Positions 22,660-34,062 of a stretch of DNA of 64,000 bases are shown here, in pieces. Origin of the DNA: Monocercomonoides exilis PA203. Its lineage: Eukaryota; Protista; Preaxostyla. Below the pieces are notes generated by a model. It made no database searches. It was given only the letters and a program-made list of their open reading frames with translations, and was not told the DNA's origin. Location: NCBI GenBank assembly GCA_001643675.2, contig LSRY02000045.1:496001-560000 (forward strand), given 5' to 3'. A program made the translations under genes and the position numbers. The stretch's first letter is position 1. Every line of letters begins with the position of its first letter.

Positions 22660-24669
22660 ATGAGATATCTTTTTGTGAGGGAGTCATTGAACCCGTCGGT
22701 TGAGTTAAATCAAATTTTATTGGAGAATTATGATAATTGTTGTTCAGTGTGTGGAATGAGGGGGAGTGTGGTTGTGGTGAGGGGATGTGGTGTGGAGATG
22801 GGGAGAGGCAAGGAAGCAGGGGTGTTTGAGCTGGGCGAGTGCAGAGGGGTGTTTTGGAACATCACGCTGAAAGGGGTTGGAAGGGGAGGAAATGTGTGTG
22901 GGAGACTGTTTGGAGGAGAGGGGAGGATGGGGCAGAAGATGAGTGAGAGAGAAGGTGGGGGAGGAGAAAGAGTCGGATGGGGAAGAGGAGGAGGAAGAGG
23001 TGAAGGAGGAGAGAGAGGAAGACAACGAGGAGGTGGAGGAAGAAGAGGTGGAGAAGGAAGAGGAGAAGGAAGTGAAGAAGGAAGTGAAGGAGGAGGGAGT
23101 GTATTGGTGAGTGAGTCGGATTTCTCATCTTTTTGTGTGTCTTCAGCCCCGTTTCTGGCACCTCCCCTGACACCCCTTGTATCTCTCACCCAGCTGACCT
23201 TCTTCAACATCTCTACAAATCCACAGAAAACAACACATCTGGGTGAAGGGTTGGGCCAAACCTCGTTTCTGATGAATGGATGCTCGTTTTCATCGGTGTG
23301 GGATGTTTATGACGGGGGCATTGTCCCCTCGCTGAACAGCCCCTCATCTTCCTTGGCTGCCTCAAACACCTCATTTGCCAGGTGCTATCGATCACAGAAT
23401 GTTGCAATCAGCGGGAGTGAGGGGAATCCATCGAAACCAGCGAGACAGCAGATCACAGACAATGGGGCGAATTCGTTCACTTGGTGTGTGTGGAATGGGT
23501 CAAATACAACTGGAAATCAAAATTCTGTTTCAGATGGAGTTTCGAGTGGAGGAGCTATAAACATGTATAGCAAGACATCAGGAACACTTTCAGTGAAGTT
23601 TTGTTCGTTCAATGACTGCTATGCGCATTGGTGTGGTGGAGGGATTATGTGCTATTCAATCAATTCAGTCAAGATTGAGAACAACTCATTCAATGCTTGT
23701 ACAGCAAAAAATTGCTACGGAGGGGGGATGTATGCAAATTCTATTTCGTCATGTGTCAGGATCAGTGGATGCGAATTTAAGAGTTGCAACGGAAAAAATA
23801 ATGGAGGAGGGCTTTATCTTAATAATTTTAATGTTTCTGGACCTTCCTGTATTGGAACAGAAAACGGCAATGGAGAGAGTGCTTGTGTGTTTGAGTGCTC
23901 ATTCACTTCGTGTTCTCTTACAGGTTCAAGTGGCGGAGGGATGTATTGTGTTAATGTTCCGGCTGCATTCAAAATGAGGAGCCTCCAGTTCATTTCGTGT
24001 TCAGCAGTGTCATATGGCGGAGGATTGTGTTTTGCTCCAAGTCAATCAACAGCTCCAAGCAACAACATTTATTGCTATTTCTTCTTCTTCCATGATTGCA
24101 GATGCACAACCACTTCCACTCCATATGGCCACGATGTGTATTTGGAAGATCGATACAATCTGTTCTCATCGAGCAACCCATTCCACGAATCGTATACAAC
24201 GAATAGTGATGAGAAGAGAGTGTGCTATGCTTATTTGCAATCAAGCAGTTGGAAATATCAGCACACAGAAAAGAAGGAGTGGTTGAAAGAAGGGATGAAA
24301 GATCGGTATGTTGGAGTGGGTGGGGATGATGCGAGCAATCTGTGTGGGATGAGTGAGGCAGCGCCGTGCAAGACAGTGGGGCATGCAGTAAGGTCGAGCA
24401 TGGCGCAGCTGAGCTCGACAATCACAGTGCTGGGTGGGAGGCATGTGAGCGAAGGGGCGACGATCAATGTTGGGGAAAAGAAGATAATGATAATTGAGGA
24501 AAATGAGAAAAAGAAGATGGAGATGCAAATGAAAGGCAAATATTTTCTGGTATTATTATTTTTGGGAAATTTTGCTGAGAAGAGAATAAAGAGCAAATCA
24601 GCCAACTTTTTTTCCTTCAACCCAAATAAGCAGTTCGATTTGCCAACGTCGCTTTGCCGGGGGAAATAA
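22660..24669 (+). CDS. Beta-helix family protein, copy D (669 aa; family homology stops after 'VGEKKI', so C-terminally truncated)
   Basis: ATG start 'MRYLFVRESLNPSVEL' shared with copy I; full variable core; divergent tail. Confidence 0.72.
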   Translation: MRYLFVRESLNPSVELNQILLENYDNCCSVCGMRGSVVVVRGCGVEMGRGKEAGVFELGECRGVFWNITLKGVGRGGNVCGRLFGGEGRMGQKMSEREGGGGERVGWGRGGGRGEGGERGRQRGGGGRRGGEGRGEGSEEGSEGGGSVLVSESDFSSFCVSSAPFLAPPLTPLVSLTQLTFFNISTNPQKTTHLGEGLGQTSFLMNGCSFSSVWDVYDGGIVPSLNSPSSSLAASNTSFARCYRSQNVAISGSEGNPSKPARQQITDNGANSFTWCVWNGSNTTGNQNSVSDGVSSGGAINMYSKTSGTLSVKFCSFNDCYAHWCGGGIMCYSINSVKIENNSFNACTAKNCYGGGMYANSISSCVRISGCEFKSCNGKNNGGGLYLNNFNVSGPSCIGTENGNGESACVFECSFTSCSLTGSSGGGMYCVNVPAAFKMRSLQFISCSAVSYGGGLCFAPSQSTAPSNNIYCYFFFFHDCRCTTTSTPYGHDVYLEDRYNLFSSSNPFHESYTTNSDEKRVCYAYLQSSSWKYQHTEKKEWLKEGMKDRYVGVGGDDASNLCGMSEAAPCKTVGHAVRSSMAQLSSTITVLGGRHVSEGATINVGEKKIMIIEENEKKKMEMQMKGKYFLVLLFLGNFAEKRIKSKSANFFSFNPNKQFDLPTSLCRGK

Positions 24670-26454
24670 ATAAATAAATAAATAAAAATTTCCTCAACTT
24701 AAAAAAGAAAAAAATTTTTTTATATCACTTATTTTGCAATTCACGAGACATATGGGAAAAAGCAGTTTGACTTCTGGAGAGAAACGAATATTTTATTTTA
24801 TTTTTTTCTCAAAGAAAAAGAAAAGAGAGTGCTAACCTGTCGAAGTGTTGTTCATGTGCATCAATGATGTTTGGGATAAAAAATTATTTCTTTTTTTAAA
24901 TTGGTTTGTTTGCTTATCTCGTTATTTAATAAATGTGGAAATGTTTATTGTGCAAAAATTATTAGTTGAACAAATATATTGGAACAACAAACTTATTTTG
25001 AAAAAAAATAACCATTTGACATTGTTATTTTCACTTTTTCGTCTTATCACTCAGTGTTTCTTGAATACTTTCAAATCGAAATTTTTTGACAGAAAACAAA
25101 TGATTTCAAAAAAAAAATTAACTGTCGATTGGAAAAGAGGAATTTCTTTTCATTTTATAGCTGTTCTTTTCTTTTCAAGATATGTTTCTCACACAATCAT
25201 GTTGTGCTTTGTTCAAAATGAGATTGTTTATTCAGCATAGTTTTATTCTTTATTTTTCCAACATATTTGTGTTGTTTGATAAAGAAGCCATGGGGATATG
25301 CTTGTGACTGATTTTAGAATACAAGCAGGTTTATCATTTTATTCTGGCCTTTATTAATATGGGTTATTATATATGAAAAATCACAAAACACTTGTCATTT
25401 ATTCTTTTTGAAATGTTTTTCATTCATTTCTTTTCCTTATGTTACTCATGCTTCACAATTGAGTTTGTCACAATCTATTTTGAATAAACAACAACAAAAC
25501 TTGCTTGTCAATGATTTGGGTGATCATTTTTGAAATCATAACTTTTTTGGAGATGTTAATTAAAAAGGTATTTAAGTTGAAGACAAAGATTTTGTTGTTC
25601 TCGAAAGAATCTTTCAAGATTGTTTTTGAAATTTGTTGAATTTAATTTCACACTGAATTCACATTGATGAATAATTTATGACCAACATTTTGAAGAAATT
25701 GTGACTTCAAAAATGATCACCTAAATCATTGATAAGCAGGTTTCGTTGTTGTTGATTAAAAATAGATTGTGACAAACTCAATTGTGAAGCATGAGTAACA
25801 TAAGGAAAAGAAATGAATGAAAAACATTTCAAAAAGAATAAATGACAAGTGTTTTGTGATTTTTCATATATAATAACCCATATTAATAAAGGCCAGAATA
25901 AAATGATAAACCTGCTTGTATTCTAAAATCAGTCACAAGCATATCCCCATGGCTTCTTTATCAAACAACACAAATATGTTGGAAAAATAAAGAATAAAAC
26001 TATGCTGAATAAACAATCTCATTTTGAACAAAGCACAACATGATTGTGTGAGAAACATATCTTGAAAAGAAAAGAACAGCTAATCGACAGTTAATTTTTT
26101 TGAAATCATTTGTTTTCTGTCAAAAATTTCGATTTGAAAGTATTCAAGAAACACTGAGGCGAAAAAGTGAAAATAACAATGTCAAATGGTTATTTTTTTC
26201 AAAATAAGTTTGTTGTTCCAATATATTTGTTCAACTAATAATTTTTGCACAATAAACCATTTAAATAACGTAATAATTTAAAAAAAAAATCCCCAAACAT
26301 CATTGATACATAGTTACTCTCTTTTCTTTGAGAAAAATAAAATAAAATATTCGTTTCTCTCCAGAGTCAAACTGCTTTATATGTGTGAATTGCAAAATAA
26401 GTGATATAAAAATTTTTTTCTTTTTAAGTTGAGGAAATTTTTATTTATTTATTA

Positions 26455-28086
26455 TTTATTTCCCCCGGCAAAGCGACGTTGGCAAATGACTGCTTGGAAA
26501 GGAAAAAAAGTTGGCTTTTATTCTCTTTCAAAAATTTCCCAGAAAAAATAACATTTCCATCTCCCTCTTCTCATTTCAATTATCACCACTGTGATTCACA
26601 TCATCCCATTCTCACCAGCCTGTATTGTATTGCTTCCACTCCAACTATCATTATTTTTCCTTCAGCCAATCCTTCTTTTCTGTGTGCTGATATTCCTCTC
26701 TTCTTGTGCATTAGCCAGCACATTGAATCAGATTTTCGTGGGCAGATCAAGCCTATGGGTTTCGATGGTTGTACATCACAGTATGGAGAAGAAGAAAGAA
26801 GAATAGCAATAAATGTTGTTGCTTGGAGCTGTTGATTGACTTGGAGCAAAACACAATCCTCTATATTGCTGCTTGAGCACGTGTCCCTCACCCTTCTCTC
26901 CATTGCCGTTTCTGTTCCAATACAGGAAGGTCCAGAAACATTAAAATTTTCGAGATAAAGCCCTCCTCCATAGTAATTTGCTTTGCATTTCTGGAACTCG
27001 CACCCACTGATCCTGACACATGACGAAATTATCCCTCCTCCGTAGCAATTTTTTGCTGTACAAGCATTGAATGAGTTGTTCTCAATCTTGACTGAATTGA
27101 TTGAATAGCACATAATCCACCACACACCAATGCGTGGTCATTGAACGAACAAAACTTCACTGAAAGTGTTCCTGATGTCTTGCTATACATGTTTATGCTC
27201 CTCCACTAGAAACTCCAGCAGAATTTTGATTTCCAGTTGTATTTGACCCATTCCACACACACCAAGTGAACGAATTCGCCCCATTGTCTGTGATCTGCTG
27301 TCTCGCTGGTTTCGAAGGATTCCCTTCACTCCCGCTGACTGCAGCCTGTGATCGATAGCACCTGGCAAATGAGGTGTTTGAGGCAGCCAAGGAAGATGAG
27401 GGGCTGTTCAGCGAGGGGACAATGCCCCCGTCATAAACATCCCACACCGATGAAAACGAGCATCCATTCATCAGAAACGAGGTTTGGCCCAACCCTTCAC
27501 CCAGATGTGTTGTTTTCTGTGGATTTGTGGAGATGTTGAAGAAGGTCAGCTGGGTGAGTGTCACAAGGGGTGTCAGGGGAGGTGCCAGAAACGGGGCTGA
27601 AGACACACAAAAAGATGAGAAATCCGACTCACTCACCAATACACTCCCTCCTCCTTCACTTTCTTCTTCGCTTTCTTCTTCTTTTCCTTCTCCACCTCTT
27701 CTTCCTCTGCCTCCTCGTTGTCCTCCTCTCTCTCCTCCTTCATCTCTTCCTCCTCCTCTTCCCCATCCTCCTATTCCTCTTCCTCCCCCACCTTCTCTCT
27801 CACTCCTCGTCTGCCCCATCCTCCCCTCTCCTCCAAACAGTCTCCCACACACATTTCCTCCCCTTCCAACCCCTTTTAGCGTGATGTTCCAAAACACCCC
27901 TCTGCACCTGCCCAGCTCAAACACCCCTGCCTCCTTGCCTCTCCCCATCTCCACACCACATCCCCTCACCACAACCACACTCCCCTTCATTCCACACACA
28001 ATCCTCCAAATTTCATCTCCAATCAGCTCAATCATTTTCAACTCAACCGAAGAGTTCAATAACTCTCTCACAAAAAGATATCTCAT
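26455..28086 (-). pseudogene. Beta-helix family copy E: intact 5' part (27350-28086), deletion-riddled 3' part (pseudogene or consensus error)
   Basis: Fragments 27193-28086 and 26601-27125 match the family, with many small deletions and frameshifts relative to copy D. Confidence 0.7.
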
Positions 28087-28414
28087 CTTCTTCCTTTTTC
28101 CAACTTTTCTTCAAATATCTCTAAAAAATCATATCTCTGATTTTCCCCTTCCCTTCTTTCTTCGCCTTATTCAAATTTTCTCTTTCAATCGAACTTCCAA
28201 AAAAAATATCTTTTTCTTCTCGATCATTTGCCAAATTTCTTCTTCTGCTGCATCATCAACTTTTGTTTCCCTCTTTTTGCTTTTAACAAGATTCGTCCTA
28301 TATGTCTTCCAAAGCCTTCAAAATAATTATCTTCGTTTCTTTTCCTTTCATTTATATTTCACGCCCCCTCACTCCTCCAAGCGCCCCTTCAATTATTATT
28401 TCCTGACTTCTTAA

Positions 28415-30635
28415 ATGCATTTTATATCCTCTCTTTCCATATTCTATAGGCATATATTCGCAGTAAATATACCTGCAAAACAATCTAATTTCAACAAAAA
28501 TAATAATTTATGAAAAAGAACATTGAAAAAAGTGGCAAACCTATATCTTTTATAATGATCATTCTTCACTGATTTTCTCCTCCTCCAAATATTTCTCCGT
28601 TTTGCCAACAAAACCCATCTGCCCCTTCTTCGCTTCCCTTCTGCTTCCTCAAAAAAAATCAACCAAAACCCAACCTCTTGTTCTGCTTCCACTCAAATAA
28701 CTCAGCCAGCTCCATTCTTTTAAAAAAAACTAGCAATGAAGAAGATTTCATCAGAAGAGCCCCTTTCCATCCCTTTCTTCTGCATCACCTTCTTCTTCTT
28801 TCCATTTCTCCAAAAACAACATCAACACCCCTCCGCCACATATCCTCCATCTCTTCCATTTCATTCACCATCATCCTTTTCCCAATCAAAAATATAAATG
28901 CCTCCAATATTTTGCCTCTTTCCATTGCTAGACACTCTCTCATGGTAAACACCTCACCTCGCTCCATCCCTGTCGCGAATCCTTCCCCACACCCCCAATG
29001 CAAAGTGCTGCGCCCGATGTTCCTTCTTCCTGTCTTCCTCCACCTCGGCCTCCATCCCTTGCCCCGAAAATGAGAGGCGCGGCCTAACAGTTCACAGAAT
29101 AAATTATATATAAATATGAAATTTTTTTCTTTCATTTTTCTTCTTCTCTTCCCAAACATCCCTCTTTCCATTTCCCCCTCTACTTGTACATCAGCAAAAA
29201 TTCTCCCTCTTGCTCTGCCTCATGTGCCTCCTCCTTCTCTCGATACATAAAAAAAAATTATCCCTTTTCCATCTTCTCCCCATATCTCTCCATTTCCTTT
29301 CCAACTCTCATCTTCCCCTCCAATAATAATATACCATTAACTCCGCCCATCGTCTTCTCCTCAGCCCCTCACCTCACCCCATCTCCTCCACATCAAATTC
29401 CATTTCTCCAACAATAAACACGGTCTAAACACCTTCCCAATGACAAAAATCTCAAAAACTACCCCTCCCAACCTTATCTTTGTCCATCCCCTGCACATCC
29501 ATTTTGCTTCTTAAATCTCACAAAAACACCTCTTTCTCCCCCCAAAAATATTCTTTTATCGTTCCATTTTCCCTCCAAAACCATGTTTATTCTCAATTGA
29601 ACAAATCCATCACCCTGTTCCACAAATTCATCCTTTTACAACCACATTGTCTTCATATGCCCATTCAGCCACGACACATCGAGTTGTGCCCCTTTTCTTG
29701 TGTGACTCTTATTCGTTATGGAAAATGATCAAGTTTAGCCAAATGCTCAAGAACTTCCAGCGGAATGAAAATTACATGTGACCAAAAATGCAGCTAGGCT
29801 AAATGAATTATTTCTAGTGATGAAAAAGCAACAACAACATCTCTTTTTTTATTGATAGAAGACGAAATTGTTCATTTTGATTGATGGAATGCTGTGGAGC
29901 AACAACATTTTCGATGGAAACGAGAAAATTTTGATGTATGTATTTTTTGTTGTCCAATTGATTGTGAAGATATTTCCATCCGTATCCTCTCCAAAGTCGT
30001 GATTCAGACGATTTTTAAAAAATGGATGATTTGTGCTAAACAGAGCAGAACAGCGAAGAAGAGAGCTAAATATTTCTTTACAAATATATTAGAGCATGAA
30101 TGCATTTTAACATAAACATTTATTTCACTCATTTTTGATTCGGCATGCGCGATGGATAGAAATTCGATGAAGAATGAATTCTGATGGAGCGGAAATCAAC
30201 GGGGTTGGAAGATATTCAAGACAAAAAGGAAGAACAGCCAAATTCAATGAAAAGGGAGCGTTTTTAAAAAGAGGAAGAGGACATTTTCATTTTTAAGTTT
30301 GTTGGAGAGATTGGGGCAAATAACTGAAACAGGAGATTGAAATCGATTGGGACAGAACAAGGCGCATTTCTTGGGATGAGAAAGGCAAGACATTGACTTT
30401 GTGGACCGGGGGAGCGATGGAACAGCATTTGATTGATTGGCTTTTGAACCAAATATACGAGAAAAACAGACAGTTTGGCGTAATACAGGCAGCTGGAGGT
30501 GGATAACAGACAAAATGGACTTGGATCATTTGATCTTTGTCTTCAGCCTTGTGTCATCGAAGGATTTGCAGCTGGAGCAGAGAACGAGGTTGTTATGTTG
30601 AGGATAATTCCAACAAAAATTATCTTTCATATGAA
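28415..30635 (-). repeat. Shared 5'-flank cassette (copy E version; mirror of 20110-22330)
   Basis: Identical mirrored short ORFs, e.g. 21576-21962 vs 28785-29171. Confidence 0.85.
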
Positions 30636-31687
30636 ATCTCGATAAAATCGTCTTCATTGTCTTATTCTCCCTTATATTCGACATGGTTTTTGTTTTTCTT
30701 AGCTTTCGTTTTCTTCTCCATCTTCTCCGTCTTCTCCATGTTTTTCGTCTTCATTTTCAGCTGCATCGTTTTCATCGGGTCATCACCTTCGTTGCATTCA
30801 ACAACTTATTCTTCTTCTTCCTCTTCTTCTTCTTCCTCCTCTTCTTCTTCTTCTTCCTCTTCTTCTTCTTCCTCTTCTTCTTCTTCCTCTTCCTCTTCCT
30901 CTTCCTCTTCCTCTTCCTCTTCCTCTTCCTCTTCCTCTTCCTCTTCCTCTTCCTCTTCCTCTTCCTCTTCCTCTTTTTCGTCCTCGTCCTCGTCAATTTT
31001 TTTTTTTTAAGAATGGAGTTTGTGGAGATTATTTGAGTGGAAGCAGTACCAAGGATTGGGAATAAACGATTTTTGGGAGCAGAGATGAAGCGAAGGCAGG
31101 AAAGATGGGATTTATGGAAGAAAGGAACGATATTTGGAGGAGAAGAAAGAATAAAGTCAGTGAAGAGCGATCATTGTAACAGGCATAGGTTTGCTTTTTT
31201 TATTACGATTTTTCATATATTATTTTTTTTAATGAAACTAGGATTTTTGCAAGAATGTTCAATGACAATGGATGAACAAGGAATATGGAAAGAGAGGATA
31301 TTGAATGGATAAAAGAAATAAGGAGATAATATGAAGGGGCGTTTGGTGGAGTGAGCGGGTGTGAAATACAAATGAAAGGAAAGGAAATGAAGATAATTAT
31401 TTTGAAGGTTTTAGAAGGCGTATCGGACGAATCTAATAAAAAGAAAAGAAAGATATCGGAAAAATGTTGACATGGCAAAAGAAGAGATTCGACTAAAAAT
31501 TGAGAAGAAGAAGAAGAAGATGTTTATAAGAAATTAGACTGAAAAAGATGATTTGATTGAAAACGAAAGAAGGGAAATAAGAAGGATTTTAAGTGAATGC
31601 TTTGAGGGATATTTGAAGAAGAACTGAAAGAAGGAAATGAATGGGAAATATGACTTGAGGAAAAAAGGAAGATGATGAAGAAGATTT

Positions 31688-33448
31688 TTGGTGAGTGAGA
31701 CTCGTTTCTCATCTTTTTGTGTGTCTTCAGCCCCGTTTCTGGCACCTCCCCTGACACCCCTTGTGACACTCACCCAGCTGACCTTCTTCAACATCTCCAC
31801 AAATCCACAGAAAACAACACATCTGGGTGAAGGGTTGGGCCAAACCTCGTTTCTGATGAATGGATGCTCGTTTTCATCGGTGTGGGATGTTTATGACGGG
31901 GGCATTGTCCCCTCGCTGAACAGCCCCTCATCTTCCTTGGCTGCCTCAAACACCTCATTTGCCAGGTGCTATCGATCACAGAATGTTGCAGTCAGCGGGA
32001 GTGAAGGGAATCCTTCGAAACCAGCGAGACAGCAGATCACAGACAATGGGGCGAATTCGTTCACTTGGTGTGTGTGGAATGGGTCAAATACAACTGGAAA
32101 TCAAAATTCTGTTTCAGATGGAGTTTCGAGTGGAGGAGCTATAAACATGTATAGCAAGACATCAGGAACACTTTCAGTGAAGTTTTGTTCGTTCAATGAC
32201 TGCTATGCGCATTGGTGTGGTGGAGGGATTATGTGCTATTCAATCAATTCAGTCAAGATTGAGAACAACTCATTCAATGCTTGTACAGCAAAAAATTGCT
32301 ACGGAGGAGGGATATATGCTCTATCAATTTCGTCATGTGTCAGGATCAGTGGGTGCGAGTTCCAGAAATGCAAAGCAAATTACTATGGAGGAGGGCTTTA
32401 TCTCGAAAATTTTAATGTTTCTGGATCCAATTGTATTGGAACAGAAAGTGGCAATGGAGAGAGTGCTTGTGTGTTTGAGTGCTCATTCACTTCATGCTCG
32501 CTTACAAGTCAATATGGCGGAGGGATGTATTGCCAAAGTGTTCCAGCTGCATTCAAAATGAGGAGCCTCCAATTTATTTCGTGCTCAGCAGTGTCAGTTG
32601 GCGGAGGATTGGATTTCAGGCCATCTCAATCAACACCTCCAAGCAACAACATTTATTGCTATTTCTTCTTCTTCCATGATTGCAGATGCACAACCACTTC
32701 CACTCCATATGGCCACGATGTGTATTTGGAAGATCGATACAATCTGTTCTCATCGAGCAACCCATTCCACGAATCGTATACAACGAATAGTGATGAGAAG
32801 AGAGTGTGCTATGCTTATTTGCAATCAAGCAGTTGGAAATATCAGCACACAGAAAAGAAGGATTGGCTGAAGGACAAAACAATTTATGTTGGGGTGGGTG
32901 GGGATGATTCGAGCAATTTGTGTGGGATGAGTGAGGCAGCACCTTGCAAGACAGTGGGGCATGCAGTGAGTTCGAGCATGGCGCAGCTGAGCTCGACAAT
33001 CACGTTGCTGGGTGGGAAGCATGTGAGTGAAGGGACAACAATCAGTGTTGGGGAAAAGAAGATTTCAGTTGTTGGGAAAGGGAAGACAGTGAGTGTGATT
33101 GGGACGAATTCTCTTTCGACCTCTTCAACAACGCTGTTCAGCTTATCTTCTGGCCAACTGGAGGTGGGTCATGTGGGGATCGATCACAACGCAGCAAGAA
33201 GCCCATCGCCGAGTGTGTTTGTGGTGTCACTGGGGAGCGGGACACTTTCGCTGGAGGATGTGGTGATTAATTCTTCCACATCAGGAGGGAGTGGAATGAC
33301 GAAGTGTGTGTTTGAAGTGGTTTTGAGGCAGTTGAAGACGATTGATGTGGAGATAGAAAACATGAAAGTGAGCCAACCTCTATTTTCTGAGCCATCATCA
33401 ACAGGATTGCCATCAGGAGAAAATTATTATTTATTTATTTTATTTTGA
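31688..33448 (+). CDS. Beta-helix family protein, copy F (586-aa frame; mirror of C except one internal patch)
   Basis: Protein identical to copy C outside ~32447-32640. Confidence 0.65.
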   Translation: MVSETRFSSFCVSSAPFLAPPLTPLVTLTQLTFFNISTNPQKTTHLGEGLGQTSFLMNGCSFSSVWDVYDGGIVPSLNSPSSSLAASNTSFARCYRSQNVAVSGSEGNPSKPARQQITDNGANSFTWCVWNGSNTTGNQNSVSDGVSSGGAINMYSKTSGTLSVKFCSFNDCYAHWCGGGIMCYSINSVKIENNSFNACTAKNCYGGGIYALSISSCVRISGCEFQKCKANYYGGGLYLENFNVSGSNCIGTESGNGESACVFECSFTSCSLTSQYGGGMYCQSVPAAFKMRSLQFISCSAVSVGGGLDFRPSQSTPPSNNIYCYFFFFHDCRCTTTSTPYGHDVYLEDRYNLFSSSNPFHESYTTNSDEKRVCYAYLQSSSWKYQHTEKKDWLKDKTIYVGVGGDDSSNLCGMSEAAPCKTVGHAVSSSMAQLSSTITLLGGKHVSEGTTISVGEKKISVVGKGKTVSVIGTNSLSTSSTTLFSLSSGQLEVGHVGIDHNAARSPSPSVFVVSLGSGTLSLEDVVINSSTSGGSGMTKCVFEVVLRQLKTIDVEIENMKVSQPLFSEPSSTGLPSGENYYLFILF

Positions 33449-33705
33449 GTTCATGGCACACTGACTGAAGAGAGAGGGAAAATAATTGAAATTCTGAGAT
33501 TAACTTTTTGTTAACTTTTTTGTTGAAATGACAAGCAATAAAGAATTATTTTGCATTGAGCATACGTATGCTTTACGAAAAAGGTTATTTTTTTATGAAT
33601 ATGATTTGTTGATAAAAATTTTGAAGAGGCACGTAAAAACGGAATTAATGAAAAAATACAACTAAAAACAACTATTTCATCATAAATTATGAATGAATTC
33701 AAATA

Positions 33706-34062
33706 TAGTCATGGACAAAACCCGAGAATGTCTAATGAAAAACGCAAAAATGAAAAAGTGAATAAATGAAATTGATATTGAAAATAACAAATACTTTCCT
33801 ATTGCTCTTCAATTATTCAATGATATCTTTTTTTGAAAATATGAAATTTCAAAATTTTTAAAATTGAATGTAAGGATCATAAAGTAAACTTATTAAGAAA
33901 AACTTATTTAATAACATTGTTTGAGCGTTTTTTTACAAACAAATATAAAATTCTGTTAATTCTTAATAAAGAAATCAGGAAGAAGAGCCAATTGTTGAAA
34001 AACTCCTCAATTGATTGGACATTCCCGGGTTTTGTCCCTTTCCCTGGTTTTGTCCATGACTA
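33706..34062. mobile_element. MITE-2, mirror copy in the right arm of P2
   Basis: aaaTA[tagtcatggacaaaacccgagaatg...ttttgtccatgacta]TAtctg. Confidence 0.88.
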
